Shown here: positions 40,380-53,377 of the stretch, piece by piece | Layout of the letters: the number at the start of each line of letters is the position of its first letter | Position numbering within the stretch: the first letter of the stretch is position 1 | Assembly (NCBI GenBank): GCA_024137785.1 | Contig: JAHRHZ010000039.1 | Location: 15,175,984 to 15,239,983 of the forward strand | Length of the DNA: 64,000 nt | Direction: 5' to 3' | Source of the DNA: Ginglymostoma cirratum | Taxonomy: Eukaryota | Program-made: the position numbers and the translations under genes | The notes under the pieces: model-generated | Told to the model about the DNA's origin: nothing | The model's database searches: none | What the model saw: only the letters and a program-made list of their open reading frames with translations

Positions 40380-43080
40380 ACGAAAAAGCCCAGTTTCCCC
40401 ACTTGAGTGCCATCTCCTCTCTGTGGCAGTTCTTTGTTGTCGAGCATAAATTGTTCCCGCACTAAATTTGAGTTCTCAGGAGACTGAAGCATCCATTTCT
40501 CAAGCTGCAGTCTCATCACAGACAAGGCAGTAGTTGGTTTGGGGTATGGCAGAGTGGGATGCTTGAGTTGCCATGTGCTATCTTCTTTGTCAATGCTTGA
40601 ATTCAGCTTGTTTGTCGGCAATGAGACTCAAGGTGTACAGATCCTTCCCAGATGCTTTCCTTCTTCTTTGGGCTGTCTTGGGCCAGGCTTTCCGAAATGT
40701 CAATGAGAATGTTGCACTTTTTCAAGGAGGCTTTGAGGATGTAATTGAAGTGTTTTCTTGGCTCCACACTTACCATTGTTGAAATTCTGAGTAGAGTGCA
40801 CATTTTGGGGGTCTTGTGTCAGGCATGCAGAATATGGCTAATGAATTTTTAGGATCTCATGGAGGCAGTGCAGGTAATACATCTACAGGATTTTGAGGTG
40901 TCTCTATAAAGACCATATCTCTGACCCATGTAGGTGGGTAGGAATCATTACTGCTCTGTAGAACCTGAGCTTGAGTTTGGGTTTGAACTCCTGGCCTTCA
41001 AACGTTTTGATCCTCAGGCATCCAAAGGCTATGCTGGCACACTGAAAGCAATGTTGAACCTCATCACTGATGTTTGCCCATGTTGGCAGAAGGCTCCCAA
41101 GGTCTGGAAAATTGTCCAGATTGTCCAATGCCTTCTCATGAATTTTGATAACTAGGGTAAGTGTGGTGTGGTAGGGCAAGGTTGGTAGAGGATCTTTGTT
41201 GTGAAAATGTTCAGTGTTAGGCCCATGGTCTCCCCAGCCTCAGTGAAGGTGTGGACGATGACTTGGAGTTCAGTCTTAGAGTTTGCACTGATACAAGCAT
41301 CATCTGTGTTCTGAAATTCAGTGACAGAGGATGAGATGACCTTGGAACTGGCCTGCAGGTAGCAAAAGTTGAACAGGTTCCTGTTTGTTCTGTAGATTAG
41401 CTCCATTCCAGTGGGAAAGTATTGAGGGGGAGATGGAGCATTGTAGCAAGAATAATCAAGAAGAGCGCAAGTGCGATAGCACAATCTTGTCTGACAATGG
41501 TTTGAATGTGAATTGGCCCGTGATGGATCCATTGTCTAGGATTGCTTGGAGCAGGTGAACAATGGAGAGAAACATTTGCGGGGTGTGGGCACGTACAAGG
41601 GGTGCTGCTGTTCCTGCATTTCTCTCGCAACTGTTGTGTGGTGAAGATCATACCCACTCCCCAGCCATCTCCCCACCCCCTTAGAAGGTGGAATTCACAT
41701 TGCATCTCTGGAAGGAGCTCTTCAGCCACAGGGAGAATACAACTGAAGAAAATTCTTGTAACAACTTACACTGTAGCCAACTGTAGGAAACTCCTCTGCA
41801 GTTGGACCTTTCTCCTTCCTTTAAGATGGTGATGATTGCAACATCTCTTCAACCTCTCACTGTGCTGTCTTCCCTCCACTAAAGGGAAATGAGGTCACTC
41901 CTATTTCACACTGCTCTGTCATCTTTCGGTGCTTTGACAGAGATTCACCTGCTCTTGATGCCTTGTAATTCTAAAACAGCGGAACACCCTTTTCTGAAGT
42001 TGCAGGCAGCATACAGTAATGAGAGCATTCAGTCTGAAGACAGAGTCTCTGTTAAGGAGACGTTCAGAGTACTCCTCCCAGTAGATGCCAACTGCTTCTC
42101 AGACCTGAATGGGCAGCTTTCTGTTCCGGCCTTCCCTGGAGAGGGGCCTTGGGTGCAAGCACCATAGGTAGTCGTGACTGTGCTAAAGAAACCATGACTC
42201 ACCATGGTTACCAGCTAGCTGGATCTCCTACATTGTGGCTCCTATCCTTATTTTTGTTGCCATTGTTGCTTTGGGGCTTTGCTGATGTTAATGAATTTGA
42301 GAATTAGATGATGGTCCATGCAGCAGTCATCAGCTCCTGTTATGTCATGGGTGAAAAACATGTCCTTGTGATCCCTCACTCAGATGCTGATGTAGTTTAG
42401 AAGGTTGTGCTGTTTTCAGCGAGGATGTTGCCATGAAGTCTTCTAATCATCTCTCTGGCAGAACAACATGTTGGTTATTAAGACCATGTTCTAGGCACTT
42501 TGTCAGGAGCAGCGTATAATATCTGTTAGATTTCCCTAACCTTTCTCTGCCGATTATATCACCCAGAGAATTGTATATATTTCAGCTCATGTGTTGGAAG
42601 TAGCCAATGAAGGTCAACTTGTTGCCCGTTGAGACTCAGGTCATGAATGGTTTGTGGTCAATGTAAAATTCATCTTTGGACTCAGCTGAAGCATCCAGTA
42701 TTGGGATGAATGTGCTGAGGACTGTAGTGCAGTAGTTGTACGCGAGGGTGAACCGAAGGATTTGTTTATCTTGCAAGGGGAGACTCTGAGATTTCCAACT
42801 AGCTTGCTTTCACTGGGGAAGCCAATTACTTCATCTGACCTACCTTTCCAGAAGAAGATATAACTGCCACCTTGTTCTTTGAGCTTGCCTTCCTCTGCCT
42901 ACTGGGTATTGCTTCAGGCAGCAATGACAATGTTGAAATGTCTGAACTTCCAGGCAATAATAGCAGTATGCTGTTCCAGTCTGTTGCTGGTAGAATTCAC
43001 CACAAGTGTATTCATGCTTCAGGTTCTGATCTTCATTTTGAGGGTTGGTGATACCAGTGAATGAAATATTTTAGTGTGCG
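40380..43080 (-). mobile_element. Near full-length but frameshifted RTE-clade (BovB/Expander-like) LINE
   Basis: The minus ORFs give AEELLPEMQCEF...MIFTTQQLREKCR; IYRTNRNLFN...NTDDACISANS..ELQ...GLTLNI..TKILYQP; and LGSLL...DEVQH...ASIAFGCL...KLRFYRAVMIPTHLHGSEIW. All are RTE RT motifs in the expected order. Confidence 0.8.
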
Positions 43081-43762
43081 GTGGCTGTCACACTTAAAAA
43101 CACAACATCCATTGCACCCCCTGCATTAAGTCGCTCCATTATTTCATCAAATCTGAGTCTTTAGGGATTTGTGAGTAGGAATTTCCATTCAGATATGGAA
43201 GACCTGTTACATTTTTGCAAGCTGCTGCTCCAAATCTTGCAATAAATTGTTTTCTCATTTCTTACTATTTGTGTGATATGATGCAATATTGCAATAGCTA
43301 TTGATAGAAGGTAGTCGTACTACCACTGGAAGTTAGATGTCAAAGACTGCAGAGTAATTGAAGATCATTAGCATACACTCTGAGCTTTATTGCAATTACA
43401 CATGATGATGATGTGACATTCAGTACAACGTCAGTATGAGGTTGGCTTACTGGGAGTCAGACAGAAGTCTTGAACAAAATGTTATGAAGGCATCATGAAA
43501 ACCAATGATGCATTCTAGGATTCTTCTGATAACAGTAAAGAAACTAGGATCAACATAACATAAAATCTAAATTGCACATTAAATCGCCCGTGCAATAAAG
43601 ATAGATATCATTGGTTAAATGGGTAGCTCATGGAATTAATTTTGATCACAAAGTCCTTCAAATGTCAGAACTATCTCCGGTAGAATTTCAGCACATTTTC
43701 TTTGATGATTTAGTTTCTGATACTTATCACACAGAATCTCTCAACCAGCCTGAGTTCCACAG

Positions 43763-43862
43763 TTATGAGGAAGGGTCACCAGACCTGAAACGTTAACTCT
43801 GTATTTTCCTTCACAGATGCTGCCAGACCTGCTGAGCTTTTCCAGCAACTTCTGTTTTTGTT
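43763..43862 (+). mobile_element. ~100-bp hammerhead-bearing Penelope-derived insertion with a 14-bp TSD
   Basis: aTGAGGA-A-GGGTC-ACCA-GACCT-GAAA-CGTT-AAC (core C3 mutated). CCTGAGTTCCACAG occurs at 43749-43762 and 43863-43876. Confidence 0.8.
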
Positions 43863-46639
43863 CCTGAGTTCCACAGGCACAGTCTTCACCAAAATGATGC
43901 ATTTCTGCAGAATCTCCAGAAGTACCTTTATTGGAGCACTCACTGGCAGTCTTGTACAACAAGGTTTTGCCAGTGTGGGTCAATCAGAAAGGGCTGAAAT
44001 ATTGAGAGCGACCTTATTGTTTTCCTTCATCACTGTTCCTAGGTACAGCATTGGTATCAGGTGCTGAAATGTGCTTTCTCAAATCCTCCTCTTGAGATCA
44101 TCTTAAGTGTTACAATATGATTACCAGGGCTAATTTCTGTTTCTCTGGTACCAGCTTTTCATTCTCACTAACTGATCAATAAGGGGATGTTGTCCCATTG
44201 TAATAATAAAATGGAGACAAGGCAATGGGCGCAAGTTGACATAAGTTTTTGTTTCAAAATAATTGACACACACTTTTACGGCCGAAAAACCATTGCCATA
44301 AGCCAGTGAGGTAACAACTAATTTATTTGCATTGTGTATGCAGAAAGTGGGAACTTGTTACCTAGGCAATTACAACCCTATTTACTGTATTTTATGTCTT
44401 AATCTCAGATTGGAATTTAACAATGACAGTGTTTATCACAGCAGACTCCACTTCATTTTTTTCCCAAGTATAATAGCTCCCTAACTTGTGTAGACTTGAA
44501 CTAGGATTCCACATTCACTTGCAAAGAATTCATTACCTTAAGTCATCAGACCCCACTTGGGAAAGTGCACTGCTACTCAAGACCCACTACTGTCGGCGTC
44601 ATCACAGTACTTAAAGAATTCATCAAAGTCCCCAGATTCACCTGTCTGATGGACTTAGGTTAACAGAAAACACTGGCCAGATTTCTGTACTTAACAGCAA
44701 ATAGATCAGTTCTAACCACAGGAATACAAAGTATGAACTTGTAAGTCTGCTAGCTTGATCTTTATCCTTTCCCAAATCTCTACACTCAAATGCAGACAGA
44801 CACAATTTGGCGAGAGGGAAAATACTGGGGATATACAATTCAAGAGCACCAGTTCACAGGGTTGAATGAGATGTTCCTTTCGTTTCTGCAAAGTCCGTCT
44901 GATCTCCGATTCCCTTATTTCAAGATCCTTTCAGTTCTTTACTGGAGACACCAGTTGGTTGATATATTAATTGTTCAATCTTTCAGTCTCTAGTTAAAGG
45001 CAACAGCTTATGACACGTGATGAGAGAGAATACCTAGCTATCTTCCAGTTGTCAGTTACTTCACTGCAAAGAGAAAGAGAAAGAAAGATGTTATTTCTTG
45101 CAGCCTGGAGACATCTTGCTTTTTTCTTGTTTGCATTCACTCTGTCAACTTGTCCACAAGCTAATCAGAGAGCTGTTGTAATGCTAATTATTCCTGGCCT
45201 TCAGAACTAGTCCCAATTGAAAATCCAATCAGCAATGTCTTTGGCCAAGCTTGGTCTGGACACACAGTCAAGGTGTTATTGGATCTAAAACATTTTTGAA
45301 CAAAGCAACAGTGTAAACACATCTCATGATGTATTTCAGAAACTTGTTTTTAGAAGTGCAGCAACTCAGTCTTTGGTTTAAAGTGGTCCTTTTCCCATTT
45401 TAGTCCCTGATCCAAAATAAATAAAAATTAAAGACGCAATCTTTATGCAGTAATTTAAAGCTTCTTGGATCCCAGTTAGCTGACTATTCCTTTGTTGATA
45501 GCTTTAAAGTGTTCTCTCTCCTTTGTATGCCCCTTCTTCCACTCCATCTCTCTTGCAGTGCTCCCCAATTCTCCTTCCCTCTCCCCAGTACCCTCAGTGC
45601 AACTCCTCCTATCCTCCCCTTGCTGACACCCTGACTTGAAATCCAGCAGATAGAACTCCCAAATCTGACTAAAGACCATTCTTTGATCAGAAAAAAGTTG
45701 ACCCTTTAAAAATCCCCCACACAAGCCAAGGGTGGCTTGAGGTCATCTGTTCTGCCCCTTCCCTCTACTGCATCTGTCCCACATCCCACTGCTCTCAGAC
45801 AGTAGCTCTTGGACCTTGGTTTTCCATCTTTGGCTTCCCACTCATGGTGATTCCATCACTGCTGGCACCTCCTTACCAAGCTGCGTACTGCTCCTCCAAT
45901 CAAAGGTTGTTTCTCTACTCTATCTGCTGGTAGACCCATCTCTGCAGCATGAGGAGAATCAATCAATGATTGGCTGAGCACCCACTCCACTTTTGCTTCC
46001 ATTCTATTTGCATGGGTGACTTTTCTTTGATTGGCTACTCCCATGAGCAAATTTTCCCAGGTGATTTAGATGCTCATATGTGTGATCCATCTGTCACTCT
46101 TCTGTACTTTTGGCATTGTTTTATGCTCATCCTTTTTCAGCTACCTCACTTGATGATCTGACCTTAGGTGGCTCTGCGCCTTTTAACTAACCTCAATCAG
46201 CCTCAGATCCCAGAAATCCAAAGTTTCCATTTCATTTCCTGTTCAGGTGTTAACTTTAGATTAATTGGAAACCCAAATGCCTAGTTTCTTTATCAATGAG
46301 GGTTAGACACCAAAAATGCAAACTTTGAGATCATTTATAATCACAGCCTTCTCAAGGGCAAATAGGGATGGACAATAAATACTAACCATGCCAACAATGT
46401 TAATACCTTATGAATGCATTTTTTTCAAAAGAATAATTGAGCATTTTGGACAACATGGTCAGTATGAGGTTGAATTGAACTGTAGCATAACAGGAGTCAG
46501 CCTCTTCAGCAGAGGAAACAAATCGGAGGAAAAGAATCTTGTTGACTTTTATCAACATGGTATAAACTATTGACTTCTACATTGACATGAACACCAATTT
46601 GTTTAGGATCATTGTAACAGTTACTACTGACATTGGTGA

Positions 46640-46910
46640 TGATAAACCTTAATTCTATTACAGACTGTTATAAACCCTATTCCTTCTCTTGACTACTATA
46701 ATCTCCTGCTTTTCTGTTCCAGATCACTGTAAACTTTGCCTTCATTATTAACTGATATAAACTCTGTTTTATAACTGGTTGCTATAAAATCTATTTCTGT
46801 TAGACTTGCTATAAACCCTACTTCTGTCACCAAATACAATAAATGCTATGTGTGCCTGAACAGCAATAAAACTTTATGTTTGTCACGTTTCCATAAACTG
46901 TATTAATACA
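46640..46910. repeat. Degenerate ~27-28 bp minisatellite, ~10 units
   Basis: Recurring TATAAAC-like anchor, e.g. tataaaccctattccttctcttgactac / tataaactctgttttataactggttgc / tataaaatctatttctgttagacttgc / tataaaccctacttctgtcaccaaatac. Confidence 0.65.
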
Positions 46911-48169
46911 GCATACAGCATCTGTTATTGGCTTTAATCTTCCTTGCTCATACACCAGCTGAGAAGGCAGTAAGGAAAGCAACACTAACTGTCTTTGAGA
47001 AAGATGAATCCTTCTGTTAGACTGACGTGTTTATTATACAAAAAAAAATAGATCCTCATAACCCCTGCTCAAGTATGATTTTCTTTGTTTTTTTTTCTGA
47101 CAGGAAATCTTAAAATTCAGAGAAGTTGCTTGCTTGCAGTATAACACTGTCATTGAAATAAAGTGATATGGATTGTAATGCAAATTTTTCCTATTTTGGC
47201 ACATTACACATACTTCACAAAGTGGGCTTAAATAAAATTCTGTCCTGTTGACTTTAAAAGTTTATAGGTACTGAACTTAATTGGGCTTCAGTTTATTGGC
47301 TGCTGTAACAGCATTCTGTTGGTATCTGCTGGAAGTAGTTATAGTGAATCCATACGCATTATCTCCCCAAGCCAGATTGAACAGTCAGTGCTTTGTTTGC
47401 AAGAATCACTGAGCATGTACTCATCACTTTGCAAAATTGATCTGTATAGCAATTTATGCTGAGCCCTTTTCTCCTCAGTCAGGCACACATTGACATTTTC
47501 TGAAGACAAGTCAGTGACTTAGCGATATTTTTTCAAGAAGTAATACACTGTTGAACAATGCAAGGTACTTAAACTGCCTTCAGAATACCAATAGAAGAAA
47601 AATTTAACCCGAATGATTCAAGTGTCATAGATTAAAATAATTAAACTTCGACATACAAGGGGTTTAAAATATGCTATCTTCATGAATTTCTCCAATGTAA
47701 TCCTATTATTTTGTTACCGTGATTTCACTGCAGTGAAGAAGTTAATTCTCTGGGTAGAAGACAGAGACACAGTGTGGAGGGGATAGTGCAAGACTCCATT
47801 ATTGAGCTGAGCACAGCTGCAGTAGCCTTGAATAGTACCCAGTAAAGGCAGCATGAGAAAATAAGCACAAATATGCAAACAGCACACCGTATTACAGTTT
47901 CTAATACATTATATCTGGGTCCTGGATAAGTGTCAAATCAGCGATTTGCCTCTGTCTTTCGCATATTTTCTTGTACAGGGTGCAGGTCAGCAGCGGAAGC
48001 AGTTATTGATGCAATGCAGCCTCAGCTGGCTTTAAGGATGTTTTTTCAACCAATAGCGAGACACCATGCAAGCCAACTATGATAAGGTAGAATAAGAGAA
48101 ACTGTTTCCTCCTTTGGGGTTTGGCCCTGCAACTTCAGCATTTTGGGGAGTGAATTCCAGATTATTTTT

Positions 48170-48505
48170 ATAATTCATTCACAAGACGTGTGCTCCATTA
48201 GTTAAGCCAGAAGGTGGGGGTGATCTTCAGCCTTGAACTGCTGCAGTCCATGGGTCGGGTAGAGAATTTTAGGAACATCGACAGCATCATTAAGAAGGAA
48301 ATTCCAAGATGTTGGCGCAGCAATGTTGAAGGAATGGTGATATATTTCCAGGTCAGGATGGCTTGGAGGAGAACTTGCTGATGGTGGTGCTCCAATGTAG
48401 CTGCTGCTCACATTCAGTTAAATGGTAAAGATTATGAGTTTGTAAATTGCTGTCAGAGGAGCCTTGGTGAGTTGATGCTTTGCAGATGGTACGCACTGCT
48501 GTATA
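48170..48505 (-). mobile_element. Old LINE 3' end fragment (CR1/L2 group)
   Basis: The minus ORFs read HPDLEIYHHSFN...SWNFL...HGLQQFKAE.HPHLL. Confidence 0.55.
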
Positions 48506-48660
48506 TATGTATACAGATTCTTAAATTACATTGATCCTAACAGCTCCTAATCTCTTCTCTGGAAGAAAATGTGCTAATTTATCGTTCTCCAAATGATCAA
48601 TACCACTTTACCCTAATTTTCCCTGCTGATGTCATTAGTTTGCATCTCTTTGTAACTTTC

Positions 48661-48874
48661 TGAAATAACTCCACAGAAGCTGGTATCTTGTGACAAAGTC
48701 ACCCTTTACTTACACATGGAGGGCCCTTTACACTGATCCAGCTCTCTCAGAGTGACCAGAATCTCTCTCACTCATGTTTATATCTGTCAGCCGGGACTCC
48801 TTGATTGGACCAGGTTAATAGTCCCAGTCAGGGAACTCATATTCTATATGATCCACCTGACTGACCTTGTTACA
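48661..48874 (-). mobile_element. Short solo-LTR-like element (~214 bp)
   Basis: The minus strand runs TGTAACAAGG...CCAAT...GATATAAA...AGTAAA...TTATTTCA (TG...CA termini with promoter and polyA-like motifs in LTR order). Second copy at 8876. No clear TSD. Confidence 0.6.
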
Positions 48875-50079
48875 ATCACTGCACTTTCTCCTCCCTATTA
48901 TACAGCTTCTTGACTTAAATAGCATGGATAACAGGCAGCATCAACCAGCAATGGATCAGATAGGTTTGAAGCTCAATTATATGACTTCTCTGGCTTCATT
49001 TATATTCAACCAAAAAGTCCTCAGGCAGATTACTGGCAAATTGCACATCATCTTCTTGTAGCTATGCCCGTAAGTAGGGTGAGCGTTGATGCTCAGCAGT
49101 ATTGTGCAAATGAACAGTTGCTGACAATGATTTTGAGGTTCGAAGTCCTCCTGACTCCACAATTAGGTTAAAGAAAATTAGTCTTAACTTTTTGATGACA
49201 TCCTCTAGGAATCCCATTAATGACCACTAGTTAGGTACCAGGCAAACTTTTTTATCCTGGATTTAGTCAACCCAATGACAACTTTGTTTAATGTTTCTGG
49301 TTTACAGAATCAATCTGCAATTAGGCTTTAGATCCTCAGTAACATAAGTACCAAATATTTGTTTTAAGTGCATAGGACATCAACCTAGTGACACCCACAA
49401 ACTTAGCAGTGTGTGCAACTCTTGTGGAGATAGGTTGTAGGCTAATCTACTTTACATCTGAAAAAGAAACAAAAAGCATACCATTTCTTGACCTTAATGT
49501 CAACTGCAAACTTGATTAAATACCTCTTCATAAAAATCATTCAAATGTATGTTGTGTAAAGCTCTGTCTTCAATACTAATCTCTAGAGAATACTACTTGT
49601 CACATCCCATCAATCAGAGATTATTCTATTTATCTCTACTCTCTGTCTGTTACGTTCCAATAAATTACGAAGCTACTTCACAAGTTTGTTTCCAGTTCTG
49701 TGTTCTTTCAATTTTGTCAATGTTCTCATTACCTCAGAACCATATCAGATGCCTCGAAACATTAACTAGGTAAGTCAGACAAGATCTATCCAAAAAAATT
49801 CACGCTGACTCTCTTTGTAGTGGGACATAACTATCAAAGTGATAAGTTTCTTTATCTTAGAAACATGAAAAAATTTATGATACTAAAATAGGATGTTTGG
49901 TTGAAAAAGATCCAGTGAGCTTAATCTTATCTTCCATGTCTTATGGATGTGGATGATGTATTCCAGTAAATTTCCCAAAATTAGTATTAAATGGACCATT
50001 ACATGGTTGCATCAATGGAGAAAAAAAACAGAACTAGAATTTCAGGATGATAACCTTCAGCAGAACAGATAGTGATTGC

Positions 50080-50285
50080 CACTGAGAGCTGTGGAGGCCA
50101 AGTCATTGAGTGTATTTAAGACAGAGATTTCAGGTTCTTGATTAGTAAGGAGAACAAGGAGAACCGGAACAAAGCAGGAGAATGGGGTTGAGAAACATGT
50201 TGATCATGATTGAATGGCAGAGCAGACAGGTTGGGCTGACTGGCCTGATTCTGCACCTATATCCTATGGTCTTATGACCTTATGG
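50080..50285 (+). mobile_element. CR1 3' terminal fragment
   Basis: gctgtggaggccaagtcattgagtgtatttaagacagag...catgattgaatggcagagcagac...gggctgactggcctgattctgcacctatatcctatgg. Confidence 0.75.
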
Positions 50286-50539
50286 CTTTTTATTGGCTTC
50301 AAGAATAGAAATAAGAAGCAGGATATGCCTTAGGTGGATAGAAACAACTGGGTTTACATTTCTGTGCTTATTGTGTAGTTAATAATCACGTGGAGTGGAT
50401 TGCCGGTTCAACATGAAAGCACCCTGATTTTCACTTCCATATATTTTGATGGTTTTGGATGTATTTTACAATGGCAAGGTGATTCGTTCTGCCAGATTAC
50501 TACTGATGTAATGAGGATATAACTTTAGTCATTGTTTCC

Positions 50540-51380
50540 GATTTATTCTTGAAAAGAATTGGGAATTTCTCCTAGTCTCCCCTGTCCAACATTTATCCTT
50601 TAATTAACAGCACCAGGAAGGGTCAAATAACTGCCCATTTCTCCCATTTTCTCCCAGGTTTCTGGGACTTTGCTGTCTGCATATTGGTTACCACATTCAC
50701 CTGTATGACAGCAATGACCACATTCTGTTTGTAATTAATTAATTGTAAATTGCTTTGCAACATCCTAAGGGTATGCAATGTGCTACGTACATCTAATCTT
50801 TTATCTTCAAATTAATAAAAGAAATTACTTGCATTTAAGTATTACCTTTTGGTGATGGAAAGAAAAATCTTCAGTGAAATCTCTCCTTTTCAGCAATATT
50901 CCAGATCTTTACCACCAAGAGACTGTTTATTGCATTTTGTGACCGCAGGATGGCCCATTGGGATTGAAAAGTTAATGAAGTACATATGAAGTGTGGTCAC
51001 TGCTGTAAACTAGAGAAAAGCAGTAGCCAATTTGCACACGTCATCCCAAAGAATAACATTGATATATGACATCTTGATCTGGTATTGGTGATGTTTTGGT
51101 GGTGCCAGTTATGGGAGATAAATGCAGGGGAGAATACTTAGAGAAATTTCCCTTACTTCCTTAAAGCCTCTCCTTTTATCTGACATGTCCATTTTGGCTT
51201 AACATCCCATCTGTAAAAGGCAGCACTTCAGCGGTACTGCACCCTTTAGTGCTATACTCGAGCATTTGCCTCGAGAATGTATAAACCAACATCTGGAGAG
51301 GACATTAAACCTACAGACTTTGGACTCTGAGGTGGGACAGGGAGGAAGCGATGAGAATTTCAGTATTGAGCCAAGGCTGA
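50540..51380. mobile_element. Two tail-to-tail DeuSINE-like relics (+ ~50540-50800; - ~50825-51380)
   Basis: Plus copy: tgggactttgctgtctgcatattgg...tgtaaattgctttgcaacatcctaaggg. Minus copy: tgaagtgtggtcactgctgtaa...gcagtagccaatttgcacac. Confidence 0.5.
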
Positions 51381-51661
51381 CATCATTTCATTCAAAACCA
51401 ATCTAAATTAATATGTTTAAACTCGAGAATCATCAATTAGTAAGGATGAACCAAATAGTTAATAAAGAATGCTAAAAGAAATAAAAATGAGGTAATGAGT
51501 TTCACATCAAATCTATTTTAATGAATATGTTACACTAAACTAAGTCTGTTTTTATCTCTAAATTTATTGTCATTTCTTGTCCAGGTACTCTATATATGTA
51601 AAGCTAACCATTGCAAAGATTCACATTGTTATATGTTTCTAAATTTGAATTAGGAACAATC

Positions 51662-51924
51662 AGGCAGAATTTTATTGATCCCCTATGGGCAGTTTGCTGG
51701 AGTTGGTGCAAGGGTGATATTCCCCATTTGGCCTTCCTGCTCACTCCTGACTTGTGTGCAATATTAAATGAGAGGGCAAGACTGAGGGTGGAATGCAGGG
51801 CCAGTGGGGAATCCCTGCAGCTCAATCTACTCTGTTGACCCTGTTGACTCAAGCAGTTGGCACCTGAAAGGATTAATTGGTTTCTCAAAACAAGTTCTGT
51901 CCGTCAGGATATAAAAATCTGCCT
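51662..51924. mobile_element. MITE-like element with short TIRs
   Basis: AGGCAGAATTTTAT at 51662-51675 and ATAAAAATCTGCCT at 51911-51924 (13/14 inverted match) around a GC-richer interior. Confidence 0.45.
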
Positions 51925-53151
51925 CTGGGACAAGCTGACAATTACTGCTGGGTATGTTGTGCAATGTCCAGTGTTGGCTTGCTGTGTGTACTGGAACATT
52001 TCAGTAGTCGTGATGTCGACTCACTGTTAGGTTGAGTCTGATGTCCCATGAGATACAATCATGTATTTTAGTTGTACGGTAACTAGCAACTATGTAGTAA
52101 ATCTTTACTGTTCACTAAGCCGATCTTCTATCACTGAGCCTTTCCTCTGCTGAAGAATTTATTTGGGCATATTTCCTCATCAGTAACTTTTAGACTAACA
52201 CCAACAAGAAGAATTGGTGATTGCAAATCTACCCAAAGCACCAGAGGGTTCAGATGAATGCCCATGACACTATTATGGGCACCACCCTCAAATGCCCCCT
52301 TTGTACATTTGGCAACCCCTCCCCTACAAGGTCCCAAGGTTTGCCTCTCTCAGGTGCTCCCAAAACCCCTCCCCTCCCACATCGCCTGCTTTCTTAATTA
52401 AGGCACCCACCTGCCCCCCAGGGGTTAACCTCCCCTTGCTGCTGTGAGGTGCCCCTGTATTTAGCTGGTCCTGGACTCCAAGACTTAGAAGAAAGGCACT
52501 GCCTGTTGCCTCCCCACTCCAGTCCTTGTCACTGCGGCCATTTTGAGATGACAAGTGCTGGCCTCTCTAGGAGGAATGTTGAGTGACTGTGGAGCTGCTG
52601 TATTCAGGGGGCAAGAGCAAAGCCTGCCATCCGAAACGTTCCTCCCCATGAAAACAAAATGAATTGCAGTCGCTCATGTGTATGTGGTGTTTACAATGCT
52701 CCAGTCCACTCTCCTATATAGCTTGGAGGTGAAAAGTTTGAAAGAATCTGCCACAGAACATTTCCCAAGCTCATCACTAAATTTCCATTTCCTTTCCAGT
52801 GTGTAGCTCCACTTGTGGTTTGAAATCCATTCCTTTGGTTTTCTATTTGTGTTCCATGAACCATGAAAACTGCTGTCAGCTGTAGAAAAGGAACATTTTG
52901 TGAAGAAGTTGTGATTGTTTGTGTGCTGGTATGAACCTGACCATCCTTTCAGGCTTTTTTTACAGCCATCAGCTGCTGTAGCTCCCAACGTTTCAAAGAA
53001 AATGCAATTTGAAAGGTATCTTACTCAGTTCCTTTGTTGCCTTCTTTTCCCAGGACCACTGCAGAAAGTTTTATTTACCAGTCAGAAAAATCATTCATCC
53101 GTGTTCTTTTTTTCTCTCTCCTCCATGCACGTCTCTTATGCTTCATTGCAG

Positions 53152-53377
53152 AAATCCAAAATATCAACCTACGAAAAGATGTGGGCCTTCATGAGCAGCA
53201 GACAACAGACCGCGCTTGTCAAAAATAATGAAGAAGGAATCCAGCGTGTCTTAACCACAGATTATGCCTTGCTAATGGAGTCAACGACCATTGAGTTTGT
53301 CACGCAGAGAAACTGCAACTTGACACAGATCGGAGGCCTCATAGATTCCAAAGCTTACGGAGTTGGAACTCCCATGG
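53152..53377 (+). CDS. GRIK1: Kainate receptor exon encoding the S2 ligand-binding segment
   Basis: Acceptor cattgcag| and donor ATGG|gtatgt. The 226-nt exon reads [75 protein letters not shown](G). YEKMW, RQQTALV and LTTDYALLM are GluK1-type, while several other positions are GluK2-type, so the symbol is about 75% certain. Confidence 0.95.

Noticed and set aside
46640-46910. CRISPR-like repeat-spacer array
   Set aside because: The anchor is only ~6-7 nt and degenerate, the context is a vertebrate intron, and there are no cas genes.
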